Shown here one piece after another: positions 18,048 through 27,557 of a stretch of DNA of 34,885 bases. Numbering within the stretch: position 1 is the first letter of the stretch; every line of letters begins with the position of its first letter. This DNA comes from an uncultured Nitrososphaerota archaeon (lineage in GTDB: Archaea > Korarchaeota > Korarchaeia > Korarchaeales > Korarchaeaceae), in assembly GCA_964618805.1 (NCBI GenBank), contig CAZUBM010000021.1:1-34885 (forward strand), in the 5' to 3' direction. Position numbers and translations under genes: made by a program. The notes below the pieces were generated by a model, which saw only the letters and a list, made by a program, of their open reading frames with translations, was not told the DNA's origin and made no database searches.

Positions 18048-19416
18048 GTCTTGACACCTTCCTTACTATTGCTTTCTTAGCCACTATCCTCACATTTTCC
18101 AACCTTATTCGAAATCCTCCAGCTCCAACTGGCATTTCTATGAGTTCTCCAACTTCTGGAGCTCCTTCAGCAGCTCCAACTGCAATTTCTTCCATCTTCT
18201 TCCATCTTTCAACTACCGGATGATTTCTCTCCTTAAGGAACTCTTTTAACTCTTCTATATTTGTAACATCCTTCTCTGTAGCAATTTTTCCAATTAAGTG
18301 AGGTGGAACGAAATCCTTCACTCTCTCTAGAACTTCGGATGGAACCCACACAACCCTTTCCCAACCCCCATCTGCTTGCAAAAACTTTGGAGAGCGCATA
18401 TATTCTATGGAAATTCCATGAAAGCCATCAACCTGCCTGCCTCCAGCTGTTGAGTCAGCTATCGTCGTAAACTTCAATCCATTCACAGTTTCTCCTCTAA
18501 ATCCTCTATGAACGATCCCGAAACCGTCTACTTCAGGTATGTAGAATGCTGCAGCCTCAAAGCATCCGCACGATGTGTGTGGATATCCAAAAGCGGTATA
18601 AAGCCAAACTCTCTTAATCGCCCCAAGGGATCTCTTCTTTACAGCTTCATTAGCTCCTGTATACTCCCCCTTAATAGGATCCAGACATTCTCCTTTCTCC
18701 ACTGGGAAAAGAGGTCCTTTTGGATCAACTTTTGCTGCTGCCCTTGCATCAAACCAACTTATTGCTCCACAATTTGAGTACCTCTGTGGAGTTATTATAC
18801 AAACATGGGTTGGAGCGAAGGACTGGCAGAGTGAGCAGCCATAAAACATGTCAACTTCCTCATCCTTAAGCCCTCTTGCTCTCGCGTCTCTTGCTTCGTA
18901 GACCTCTAGGGCCTCCTTATACCTTTTCTCAACCTCCTTCGGATCTGTTATGAAGGTTATTTGCATTTTCTCAATTATGGGTAGCTCGCTCTTGAACAGC
19001 CTCTCCAAAACCTTTCCAATAATCTTGAAGGATGTGAGACCCTTCTTATATGAGTTCTTGCTAACCCTTATCCATATGTCATATCTCTGGTTCAGGTGCA
19101 TGACTCCTTCTATGTAGTTAGTATACTCGTGGATTCTGCGCTCTATAACTCCTTCCAATTCCTCTTCTATCTGCTTCCCAGCAACTTCTATGTATATTCC
19201 GAATGGATATCTTCCACCTTCTTCTAGCTCGTTAAGGTCTGGGCCTATTATGGTTATTTTGCCATCTTCAATTTCATCCATGCTCCTTGCTCTAACTAAC
19301 TCGAACTTGTAATCTACTTTCGGACCTCCTAGCTCAACGTACATTTGAGCTCTTCTAATCCTTTCACCTTCGTATATTACCCCAACATCAACGGGTATAT
19401 CCTCAAACATCGACAT
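18025..19416 (-). CDS. cdhC: ACDS beta subunit (acetyl-CoA synthase)
   Basis: YEGERIR, EGVIERRIH, FYGCSLCQSFAPTHVC, CGAISW, PHTSCGCFE A-cluster ligands, SPKFLQADGGWERVVW. Confidence 0.96.
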   Translation of the reverse strand: MSMFEDIPVDVGVIYEGERIRRAQMYVELGGPKVDYKFELVRARSMDEIEDGKITIIGPDLNELEEGGRYPFGIYIEVAGKQIEEELEGVIERRIHEYTNYIEGVMHLNQRYDIWIRVSKNSYKKGLTSFKIIGKVLERLFKSELPIIEKMQITFITDPKEVEKRYKEALEVYEARDARARGLKDEEVDMFYGCSLCQSFAPTHVCIITPQRYSNCGAISWFDARAAAKVDPKGPLFPVEKGECLDPIKGEYTGANEAVKKRSLGAIKRVWLYTAFGYPHTSCGCFEAAAFYIPEVDGFGIVHRGFRGETVNGLKFTTIADSTAGGRQVDGFHGISIEYMRSPKFLQADGGWERVVWVPSEVLERVKDFVPPHLIGKIATEKDVTNIEELKEFLKERNHPVVERWKKMEEIAVGAAEGAPEVGELIEMPVGAGGFRIRLENVRIVAKKAIVRKVSRHGKGEKS

Positions 19417-19422
19417 AGAGTT

Positions 19423-19965
19423 TCACCTCCTCTCCTTCAAGGACTCCTTAATTAAGGAAATGTAATTAGACCATGCATCGATCTTCATGTTGTAAAGGGA
19501 GAAAGTTGCATGAGGTTGGTAGTAAGGCTCAATGCTCAAGGTTTTGAAACCTTCTGGAGAAAAATGCTTTAGTCCTGAAAGTATTAGCCAACCATAGTAG
19601 TAACGAAAGCCTACAAAGATCGCTAGATCATAGTTCCCTTTACCATCAAATCCTTTCCATTCAGGATCTCTGAGCCTATCAGCTAACTCCATTGCTGGCA
19701 TTGATTTAAACCCCTTTATCCCTATCTCCTCAAACTTCTTGTTAATTCCTCCAGTTACAACAATCTCAGCCCCTACTTGCTTGGATATCTCAATAATGTC
19801 CCTTAATGTCTTTTCCGGAACTATGTCAAACGTCTTCGATCCCATAATTACTATGGGCCTCTTAGCATTCCTTATAATACCAGCAACTGTTTGAGGTCTT
19901 TCAACAGGGATAGCTTTAAGAGGTCCAGGGATTTCAGCGGTCTGATAAGGTTCGAACTTCATCAT
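19423..19965 (-). CDS. cdhB: ACDS/CODH epsilon subunit
   Basis: AKRP, LRDPEWKGFDGKGNYDL, LSGLKHFS, YYQPHATFS; lies between cdhA and cdhC. Confidence 0.93.
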   Translation of the reverse strand: MMKFEPYQTAEIPGPLKAIPVERPQTVAGIIRNAKRPIVIMGSKTFDIVPEKTLRDIIEISKQVGAEIVVTGGINKKFEEIGIKGFKSMPAMELADRLRDPEWKGFDGKGNYDLAIFVGFRYYYGWLILSGLKHFSPEGFKTLSIEPYYQPHATFSLYNMKIDAWSNYISLIKESLKERR

Positions 19966-22304
19966 TCTTCCTTCACCCTTACAAGCTCTTCTATTAAAGT
20001 AGGATCAGGAATCTCAGTTTCCTTCCACCCTTTCTTCTTCAATTCTGCTAGGATCTCATCCTTCATAGTTATAGGAATGTCAGCAAGCCTCCTTACGAAT
20101 AGATGAATGTCATCTGGCATTTTTCCGTAGAATCTCTTGTATAAATCAATATAATGCGTTAACTTAATTGCTCTTCCCTTAGTAGTGTCGTTTGCTCTCA
20201 TACAGAGTTTTGCAGCCATTACCATTGCTTCCTCCTTGGTCTCAGCTGCATAGAACAGATGCTCAGGAACTGGTCCGACATAGACCTTTTTTCCAGTCCT
20301 TGCATCATAAACATACCAGTTCTCCCTCTTTTCCTTTCTGCCTAGAAGCATCCTTCTATACTTGGCTCCATGGGGTCCAACGATAACAGGAACTCCTAGC
20401 CTCCAGAAACCAGACGCTATTGCAGCTGCTTTTTGAGACATAGCTCCCCAAGCGATCCCAACCGCTCCAACTCTGTTGAGTACATAATCCGCTATTTCCA
20501 TATAATTAGCTCTAAGTGGTCTTTTAGCAAATATGTTAGCTATTTTTATTGCTGCTCCAGATATATGGGGGTTTGAAACACATGATCCAACATTAACAAG
20601 ACATCCTGCATCGAAATTCCCTGGATAGAGCTCATAAAGCGTCTTGCCCTCATCATTCTTGTACATCCCTATGGTCATGGCAGCACAGCCTGAGGCAACT
20701 ACTATGTATTTCCTCTTTAGGAATTCTTCTGCCATCTCCACTAATTCAGTTCCTCCATCAGCATAGTTGGCGCATCCAACGAAAGCTATAATGCCCGGTA
20801 TCTCCCCTAAAACTATTGATCTACCGACATCCCTTATCTCAGTGTCTAGAATAGGACCTCTTCCAACCCTTACCTTAAAGATCTCACTTTTTACCTTCTT
20901 TTCGGAGGATTTAACCATCATGGTAATTATGTTAAGCTTAGATGGGCATGCAGACTCGCATCTTCCACACGCTATGCAATAATCGTACAGCTCAGCCAAT
21001 TTTGAGAGATCTCCTTCCTTAGCCATAGCCATAGCTTCTGGTATTGGAAGAGAATTCGGACATGCCTTCTGGCAAAAGCCGCACTGGAGGCATCTCTTAG
21101 CCTCTTCAATCACTTCTTCTGCACTTGGAAGAGCCTTAAACTTCTTCCTTTCTGGAGCAAGCCTGATTGCCACCTTTGTTGCTACCTCTCCAACTTTATC
21201 CATATCAAGTATTAGCGCTCCTTTCTGCCTTCCTGAGACTAAGTCCTCAACTATCTCTTCCACCGGATCATAAGTTCTATCTGGAAGTCCTCTACATGCT
21301 TTCTCACTTGCTGCAATTAAGGGGGCGTGTATCTTAGCCGCCTCATCTAGAACATCGGTTCTAATGCATTGCTCATCAACTACTATGACATCTGGAACAC
21401 CCGTCCTTATGAAGCGAAGCTCCCAAGATATTGGACCTATTATCTTTGCCCTATCGCTATATCTTGTTATATCGTGGGCAGTGCAACAGAGTCCGCAGAC
21501 CTCAACTTCATCTTTGAGGCCTGTTTCATTGAGGTAATCGACTATGTAAATTGATGGAATGACGTTGTGTCCAATGACGAGTATTACGGGTTTGTTTATA
21601 TCAACAATTCCTAGTCCCAGCTGAGCGAGAGGAGCATTTGGATCTCCCTTTGGGAAGTTAAAAGCAGCAATTTGGGCTATATCTGCTACTTCCATGGCTA
21701 CATGGTCCAACATTCCAGCATGAAAAACTTTTGATTCAAAATCTATAGGATCTCCCTCCTGTCCGGTGTGAGTAGAGGCAAGGAGATGGGCTATTTGCTC
21801 CTCAACATAATCCAAGACATCTTCAAGATCTCCTACCGTTCTAGGTTTTATGCCTGTTACCAATCTTATATTTGGGGCCTCTAGATCTACTTGATCTCCA
21901 AGGTCTAAGGGCAAATCCCTTCCAAATCTCTCAACTAGAAATTCAACGATCTCCCTTGCATGGCCGGTATGAGTGGCTGCTCCTATGCAGCATGCAAGAA
22001 GAACTATCCTGGACTGCTGAGCATCCATCTTTATTCCGCATGCTCCCTTCTTTCCCTTAGTGAGATCACATTTTCCAAAAGTACATAGACAGCATAAGTC
22101 GCAAAAGGGGAGGTAAAATGGCTTATACCTTTGAAAAAGCTTGTAGTCCCATCTCCTGAGAGAAGTTATGGATGGCATTGGAGTTGGTCCTAAAGGCTCT
22201 TCCCATTCCTCTTCTACCCTTCCGAGAGATATTTCTAGGTTTTTAAGCGTAGCTATATCTGTTTTCAGTTCACCAATTTTGAATGTCAAGCTCTTTCTAG
22301 GCAC
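19962..22304 (-). CDS. cdhA: ACDS alpha subunit (archaeal Ni-CO dehydrogenase)
   Basis: EPLGPTPMP, CDLCCLCTFGKCDL, HTGQEG, IGHNV, GLCCTAHD, DEQC, two extra ferredoxin motifs, VGCAN, GSCVSNPH, WGAMSQKA. Confidence 0.97.
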   Translation of the reverse strand: MPRKSLTFKIGELKTDIATLKNLEISLGRVEEEWEEPLGPTPMPSITSLRRWDYKLFQRYKPFYLPFCDLCCLCTFGKCDLTKGKKGACGIKMDAQQSRIVLLACCIGAATHTGHAREIVEFLVERFGRDLPLDLGDQVDLEAPNIRLVTGIKPRTVGDLEDVLDYVEEQIAHLLASTHTGQEGDPIDFESKVFHAGMLDHVAMEVADIAQIAAFNFPKGDPNAPLAQLGLGIVDINKPVILVIGHNVIPSIYIVDYLNETGLKDEVEVCGLCCTAHDITRYSDRAKIIGPISWELRFIRTGVPDVIVVDEQCIRTDVLDEAAKIHAPLIAASEKACRGLPDRTYDPVEEIVEDLVSGRQKGALILDMDKVGEVATKVAIRLAPERKKFKALPSAEEVIEEAKRCLQCGFCQKACPNSLPIPEAMAMAKEGDLSKLAELYDYCIACGRCESACPSKLNIITMMVKSSEKKVKSEIFKVRVGRGPILDTEIRDVGRSIVLGEIPGIIAFVGCANYADGGTELVEMAEEFLKRKYIVVASGCAAMTIGMYKNDEGKTLYELYPGNFDAGCLVNVGSCVSNPHISGAAIKIANIFAKRPLRANYMEIADYVLNRVGAVGIAWGAMSQKAAAIASGFWRLGVPVIVGPHGAKYRRMLLGRKEKRENWYVYDARTGKKVYVGPVPEHLFYAAETKEEAMVMAAKLCMRANDTTKGRAIKLTHYIDLYKRFYGKMPDDIHLFVRRLADIPITMKDEILAELKKKGWKETEIPDPTLIEELVRVKEE

Positions 22305-22736
22305 TATAGAACACCGTTCTCCTACTGCATCCCTTAAATAAAAAATTACCCCTCCTATGATTCAGAAGCCTTTAGAGAGAGAAAAAATGTTTTGTTAGCT
22401 TTTAGCCTGCTCATAGCCGGGATTTTCCCCTTTAGTTATATAAAAGAAGCGGATTTCAATTGGAAAATTTGTAAACTAAAGCAAGATGAGCTCTATTGGG
22501 GCCTCTCTTCGAATTTTACCAATGCAGAACCCTTTCTTTAAACAAAATAAAAATTACGCCGTTATATTCCTTCTGGAAAAGATCCTAAAATTTATTTAGA
22601 TTAAAATAAGCCTCTACTAACAGGACTAGCGATTTTAACCACTTAGGATAATATTTTAACGAATATTTGGGATAGATGCGTCTCCATGATGTGTACTAAA
22701 TTCCAAAATTATACTCAAGCAATGTGTATAACTTTC

Positions 22737-23525
22737 TCATTTAAGAAAATATTTTTCTACAAGCTTGTTCTTCAATTCTCTAATTGCTTTGACGGCCTTA
22801 CACTCAGGATCGAAATCTAAGGGAGCTTTTCCTGCGATTTCGGCTCTTATTAAAGCATCGTCATACGGAACGTTACCTATCACAGGGATCCCTAACTCCT
22901 CCATTCTTTTACAAATAAGCTCAATTTGCTCCTCCCCCCTCACTTTGTTTCCTACAGCCAGAAAGTTCTTTATTCCTATATCCTTGGATAGTTTTAGTAT
23001 TCTCTTAGCTGTTATTATCGACTTAGCCCCAGGTTCCACCACGCATAACATACAATTTACTCCTCTGGCAGTTCCTCTTCCGAGATGCTCTAGACCCGCG
23101 ACCATATCCATAATTACAACATCCTTTGTTCCCATGACAAGATGGGACATCAAAGCACGTAGAAAGGCATTTTCAGGGCACATACACCCTGAATTTCCCG
23201 CCCTAACCGTTCCCATGACGATCAGCTTGACCCCATCCGGACCAACAATTCCAAACCTATCTACGATGTCATCAACTTTTGGATTCATCCTTAGTATAGC
23301 GCCAAAAGAGGATCCTGTTCTAGCTCGAATTAATTCAGCATTTTCGGATATTGGAACGATTCTGGAAGCGATCGATTCTTCGATTCCTAGTGACATATGG
23401 AGGTTCAGATTTGGATCGGCATCTACGGCCAGCACATTGTAGCCATCCCTAGCAAGAAATCTAGCTAAAGTCCCAGCAATTGTAGTCTTCCCAACACCAC
23501 CCTTTCCAACCACAGCGATCTTCAT
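22737..23525 (-). CDS. cooC: CooC nickel-insertion ATPase (CODH maturation)
   Basis: MKIAVVGKGGVGKTT, VDADPNLNL, MNPKVDDI, GCMCPEN, DMVAGLEHLGRGTA. ORF opens at 23606, but the family start is Met28 at 23525. Confidence 0.93.
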   Translation of the reverse strand: MKIAVVGKGGVGKTTIAGTLARFLARDGYNVLAVDADPNLNLHMSLGIEESIASRIVPISENAELIRARTGSSFGAILRMNPKVDDIVDRFGIVGPDGVKLIVMGTVRAGNSGCMCPENAFLRALMSHLVMGTKDVVIMDMVAGLEHLGRGTARGVNCMLCVVEPGAKSIITAKRILKLSKDIGIKNFLAVGNKVRGEEQIELICKRMEELGIPVIGNVPYDDALIRAEIAGKAPLDFDPECKAVKAIRELKNKLVEKYFLK

Positions 23526-23623
23526 ATTCCCTAGAGACGTATAACTTCTTGATATAATGATAATGCCCTTAGGATTAAAGTTGACCGCAGACCTTTTATG
23601 CCGCACATTCCATCCTCTACAAG
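23526..23623. promoter_or_regulatory. Divergent promoter region between cooC and nucleotidyltransferase 1
   Basis: Minus-strand TTATATC at 23551-23557 and plus-strand TTTTATG at 23594-23600, each ~24-32 nt from its ATG (leaderless-type spacing). Confidence 0.35.
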
Positions 23624-24649
23624 ATGATACTTAAGAAGGAACGCTGGATGGAAGGTGATTTCTTAGAGAACTTAGATAGAGTAATTTTTAATGTCAAAGG
23701 ACAGCTCCATCCAGAGGATTCAGTCATAGCTTTTGTAAGATATGTTCCTGACCCAAAAGGTAATAGAGAGAAGGACTCTCTAAGATATAGAAAGCTTCAC
23801 TCATTAGACGAGAAGATAAAATTTCTGAGGAAGAATTATCCGTGGTATTTAGTAAGAGATCCAATATTTGACGATTTAATCTGTGAAGTTCCTAAGAGCG
23901 AGGTGCTAAGGCATTATGACCCAAAAAAGAAAGCTCAGGAAATCCTTCATTCGGAAGATGTAGATCCGCTGAAATCAAAAGTAAAGAAATTCATAGAGCA
24001 AATCTCTTCACTTTCTAATGTTCCAACATCTTGTTTCGGGATATCTGGATCCATTTTAGTTGATCTTCACACAATCAACTCTGACATCGATCCTATAGTT
24101 TACGGCTCCAGAAACTGCTACAAAGTATATGATATTCTCAGAGAGCTGCATAAGCATTCAAAGGAAATCAGAGGCCTAACTAAGAGAGAGCTTAAGGAGT
24201 TATATCGGGACAAGATAAAAGACACCCTATTTGACCTCGATGCCTTCTTAAGATCGATGGAAGGAAGAGTAATGGAAGGAAAATTCGAGGGAACTCCCTA
24301 TTCCATAAGGTTTCTCAAGGATCCAGAGGAAATTAAAGAAAAATACGGGGAAGCTCTTTTCAAAAAGATAGGAGAGGTAGAAATAGAGGGGAAAGTAGTG
24401 GACGCTAGAGAAGCCATCTTTACTCCGTGCCGATACGTTTTGAGCAACGTTAAAGTTGTTAGTGGGGAATCTCCAGGAGATATAAGAGAAATATGCTCCT
24501 TTAGATCTAGATTCAGTGATATCGCCAGAGAAGGAGATATAATTAGAGCTAAAGGCAAATTGGAGAAGGTAATAACGAAAGAGAGCGAGTATCTGAGGGT
24601 ATTAGTTGGAGGAAGACGTGCTCATTTCATGATAAGGTTAGCCTCGTAG
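23624..24649 (+). CDS. Uncharacterised Pol-beta-superfamily nucleotidyltransferase (COG1665-like), paralog 1
   Basis: GISGSILVDLHTINSDIDPIVYG matches hG[GS]x9-13DhD; N-terminal HP...FVRYVP; beta-rich C-terminus ending AKGKLEKV. Confidence 0.78.
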   Translation: MILKKERWMEGDFLENLDRVIFNVKGQLHPEDSVIAFVRYVPDPKGNREKDSLRYRKLHSLDEKIKFLRKNYPWYLVRDPIFDDLICEVPKSEVLRHYDPKKKAQEILHSEDVDPLKSKVKKFIEQISSLSNVPTSCFGISGSILVDLHTINSDIDPIVYGSRNCYKVYDILRELHKHSKEIRGLTKRELKELYRDKIKDTLFDLDAFLRSMEGRVMEGKFEGTPYSIRFLKDPEEIKEKYGEALFKKIGEVEIEGKVVDAREAIFTPCRYVLSNVKVVSGESPGDIREICSFRSRFSDIAREGDIIRAKGKLEKVITKESEYLRVLVGGRRAHFMIRLAS

Positions 24650-25729
24650 CCAGCTCTTTGGTAGGATAAAGTCCCTGCCTTTTGCTTCAAAAGATCCAAC
24701 AAGCACCCTAAAGAAAGTTGAACCATCCTCAACATTCTTTACAGATTCTAGCTTCCCTCTAGCTACTATTTCATCTCCCTCCTCGGCTATTCCAGAATAG
24801 AGTCCTTCATAGCTGACAACTTCCTTTATCTCTGGCTTAGACTTCCCGTCAATTGTTTTAGCCTCTCTTATTGAATACTTCGAAGGCATAAAGATGGAGT
24901 CCTCGCAGTTGTCCACGATGCCGGTGATTGTGATCATTCCAAGTGATTCATATTTCTTTAGGCCATATCTCTCTTTAACCTCTGCTTCTGTCTTAACAGG
25001 ATGAATAGAAAACTGTCTTCCTCTAAAAAGCCCTCTATCCTTCTTTTTTCTGCACAACCTCGCTGCTACCTTTGGTTCCAAGAAATATATCCTCGCTATG
25101 TCCTTAACACGCCGCTTAAAGAGTTCCCCACTCAATAGCTCAAGTTCTTCATAGCTCTCGTATAGTTGCGGAAGTTGATCAAAGAGCTTCATGGAATTCT
25201 CCTTGCCATACACTATGAGATCTATGTCAGAAAAACTTGGGTTGTGGATTCCTATAAGTAGCGAGCCTGTGAGTCCGAAGCCGTTTATAGGGACTTTGCA
25301 TTCCTTTGAAAGAATTGAGATGAGATCAACTGCCTCTTCCTCTAATGGATCTAGATTCTTACGTGAGAACATCTGTTTTACTCTTTCTTCAGGTAGGAAA
25401 TGAACCTCTATATCTTCAATGGGCACGGCTGTGATTAAGATATTCATGAACGGATCTTTGTAGAGATATTCTGGCTTCTTCTCGCTCAAGTATTCCTGAG
25501 TTGAGAGCACGCCTACAGTGCTGTAATAGGGCAATATCCTGTTATATCCTGTCTTTCCCTTTTTCCACTTAGTTTTCTCACTTATCCTCTCTGGTACGTA
25601 TTTCAGATACGAGATAACTCTATCGGGAGGGTGAGTGTTCCCAATGACGCAAAAGAACATTCCCTCCTTATCCATAAAGTAGTCTCTGTCTCTGAAGCAA
25701 GATTTATTCCTTCTTGAACTTTGAGCCAT
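24638..25729 (-). CDS. Uncharacterised Pol-beta-superfamily nucleotidyltransferase (COG1665-like), paralog 2
   Basis: GLTGSLLIGIHNPSFSDIDLIVYG; HPPDRVISYLKYVP; ARGKLESV; collinear with paralog 1; starts 20 nt downstream of mch. Confidence 0.78.
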   Translation of the reverse strand: MAQSSRRNKSCFRDRDYFMDKEGMFFCVIGNTHPPDRVISYLKYVPERISEKTKWKKGKTGYNRILPYYSTVGVLSTQEYLSEKKPEYLYKDPFMNILITAVPIEDIEVHFLPEERVKQMFSRKNLDPLEEEAVDLISILSKECKVPINGFGLTGSLLIGIHNPSFSDIDLIVYGKENSMKLFDQLPQLYESYEELELLSGELFKRRVKDIARIYFLEPKVAARLCRKKKDRGLFRGRQFSIHPVKTEAEVKERYGLKKYESLGMITITGIVDNCEDSIFMPSKYSIREAKTIDGKSKPEIKEVVSYEGLYSGIAEEGDEIVARGKLESVKNVEDGSTFFRVLVGSFEAKGRDFILPKSWLRG

Positions 25730-25749
25730 GTGATTACACTCTTATGATC

Positions 25750-26709
25750 TCACATCATTAATGACTTCTTAAGCATATCATAGTCAGTTTTACCTGAAGC
25801 AAACGAACTTCCAGTCTTCCTGTTGAAGACACATATTGAGCCAGGTGCAAAGAAGGCAGGATCAAGCTTAGACCAGTCAAAGTTAACTTCCTTTAATGTC
25901 TCATAGGAGGTCCTTCCATAGTAGGCTGAAGTAGAGGCTGGAGCCTTATCCACAAGTTCCTTCAGCTTAGAATCTTCGTCAAAGTCAACCATATATGCTG
26001 TTGATCCTCCATATATCAGTGCATCCTCCTCTCTAGCCAGAGTAACTCTCTCATCTGGATGGATGGGCATTATAGGTGCAGATCCCGTCCCAAAGATGAC
26101 TTTCTTTGGATCAAATCCCAAATAGTCAAGTCTATACATGCCTACTTCAGCGATCCTTCCAGACACTTGTACCGAGCCTGCTGTTGAGTTGGTAGTTGTT
26201 AACACAAGGAAGACATCATCTGGCTTAACACCACACTTCTCAGCAACATATTTGGCCACATCATCTCCAGGCATTTTGTTAGTCTCTAAGATCAAGACTG
26301 CTACATCGCTGTCATCCCTGTACCCTATCTTCTCGAAGACCTTCTTTGGTTTAAGGGCTAGTGCTCTAGCTGGACCTGATGCCATGCAGAAGAAGCTCTC
26401 CGTCTTAACACCCCACCCTGCAAGCTGGGAACCAAGCAAGGAGATTGCAGGGTAATCCGTACCGACAAAAATCGTTGGAAGTGTAAGACCTCCATAGTCC
26501 TTTTGCGAAAGCTTGGCTTTGCCCAATCCTCCCATAGCTATTTCAGTTAACTTTAGACCTGTTATCAACCCTCCCTCGACATTAAGACCCGTGTCAATTA
26601 TAGTCGCTCCTGAGGGCAGGTGGTCAACAGATATTCTGTAGTACTCGGGGTCACTTAACAGCTTATCTACTATTCTCATGGCCTGCCGATTAACGCTTAT
26701 TCCAGACAC
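25750..26709 (-). CDS. mch: Methenyl-H4MPT cyclohydrolase
   Basis: SVN start, EIAMGGLG, LGSQLAGW, SGPARALALKP, TNSTAGSVQVSGRIAE, IYGG, LDPAFFAP. Note that TNDA of typical Mch reads EEDA here. Confidence 0.93.
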   Translation of the reverse strand: MSGISVNRQAMRIVDKLLSDPEYYRISVDHLPSGATIIDTGLNVEGGLITGLKLTEIAMGGLGKAKLSQKDYGGLTLPTIFVGTDYPAISLLGSQLAGWGVKTESFFCMASGPARALALKPKKVFEKIGYRDDSDVAVLILETNKMPGDDVAKYVAEKCGVKPDDVFLVLTTTNSTAGSVQVSGRIAEVGMYRLDYLGFDPKKVIFGTGSAPIMPIHPDERVTLAREEDALIYGGSTAYMVDFDEDSKLKELVDKAPASTSAYYGRTSYETLKEVNFDWSKLDPAFFAPGSICVFNRKTGSSFASGKTDYDMLKKSLMM

Positions 26710-27552
26710 CTACACCTCCTCCAACAACTCCTCATAAATCTTCAAATGTGGGTTAGAGGCTTTGTGAACATAAAGCCTCCCTCCGCAGATTCTAGAAGCG
26801 AGAGCATCTCCTACAAAGACGTAAAAAGGTCCCTCAATCTTCTCCTTCTTAACCTTAGCTTTGGGAGCAATGTCATCTATGTAAAAGCCGGGCAGTACGC
26901 TTGGCAATCTTCCGCAGATGACTACGGATCCTCCTATCATGTTCGCTCCTGCTTTACCTTCGCAGTCTCCTCGTATGAGAATTTTCCCTCCCATCATCTC
27001 AGAGCCAGGGAAGGGTCCAGAGTTACCATCTATTATAATGGTTCCTTTTACCATGCCATGACCGACGCGGGCTCCAGCAGATCCGTGAATTATTATGTAC
27101 CCTTTCTTCATTCCCTTCTTTCCAACCTTCCCCCTTAGCCTTCCTCCAACGAATGAGCCAGCGTTTCCGAAAACCTCTATCGTTCCGTCTTGCATCTCAG
27201 CTCCAAGCCAAGATCTCACATTTCCTCTGACTTCAATTCTGCCTCCCTGCATCCATCTCCCTAAATAGTGGCCAGCAGATCCCTTAATGAGTATGGAACC
27301 TCCGCTCATCTTTTCTCCTATTCTACATACTTTCCATACATCCCCTTCTATTACTATCTGGGTTTCATCTACATTATCCTCTGGATCTCCCTTAATCACG
27401 AATAGATCGCCGAGCTTCCTTACTAAGCTTCCTTCATATACCTCAAGAGAACTTATCTCCTCTAAACTCTTTCCAGCAAATTCGTCTGGAGTCATGCACT
27501 TAGCATCAATCAAAACCTTAAAGGGTTCCTTTGGAATGAGGGTAACTGTCAT
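26710..27552 (-). CDS. fwdC: Formylmethanofuran dehydrogenase subunit C
   Basis: TPDEFAG, LGDLF, repeated G..M.GG.I.I.G beta-helix units; follows fwdA. ORF opens at 27561 and the exact start is uncertain. Confidence 0.92.
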   Translation of the reverse strand: MTVTLIPKEPFKVLIDAKCMTPDEFAGKSLEEISSLEVYEGSLVRKLGDLFVIKGDPEDNVDETQIVIEGDVWKVCRIGEKMSGGSILIKGSAGHYLGRWMQGGRIEVRGNVRSWLGAEMQDGTIEVFGNAGSFVGGRLRGKVGKKGMKKGYIIIHGSAGARVGHGMVKGTIIIDGNSGPFPGSEMMGGKILIRGDCEGKAGANMIGGSVVICGRLPSVLPGFYIDDIAPKAKVKKEKIEGPFYVFVGDALASRICGGRLYVHKASNPHLKIYEELLEEV

Positions 27553-27557
27553 CATGA

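Noticed and set aside
22765-23442. 225-aa plus-strand ORF
   Set aside because: Entirely antisense to a well-conserved cooC; Ser/Pro/Ile-rich shadow composition with no motif.
23624-25729. Nucleotidyltransferases as a CBASS or MNT-HEPN defence/toxin-antitoxin system
   Set aside because: No effector, HEPN or other defence gene is adjacent; the proteins are much larger than minimal MNTs and sit among core C1 genes.
26880-27340. Repetitive Gly-rich periodicity
   Set aside because: These are the normal beta-helix repeats of FwdC, not a DNA repeat element.
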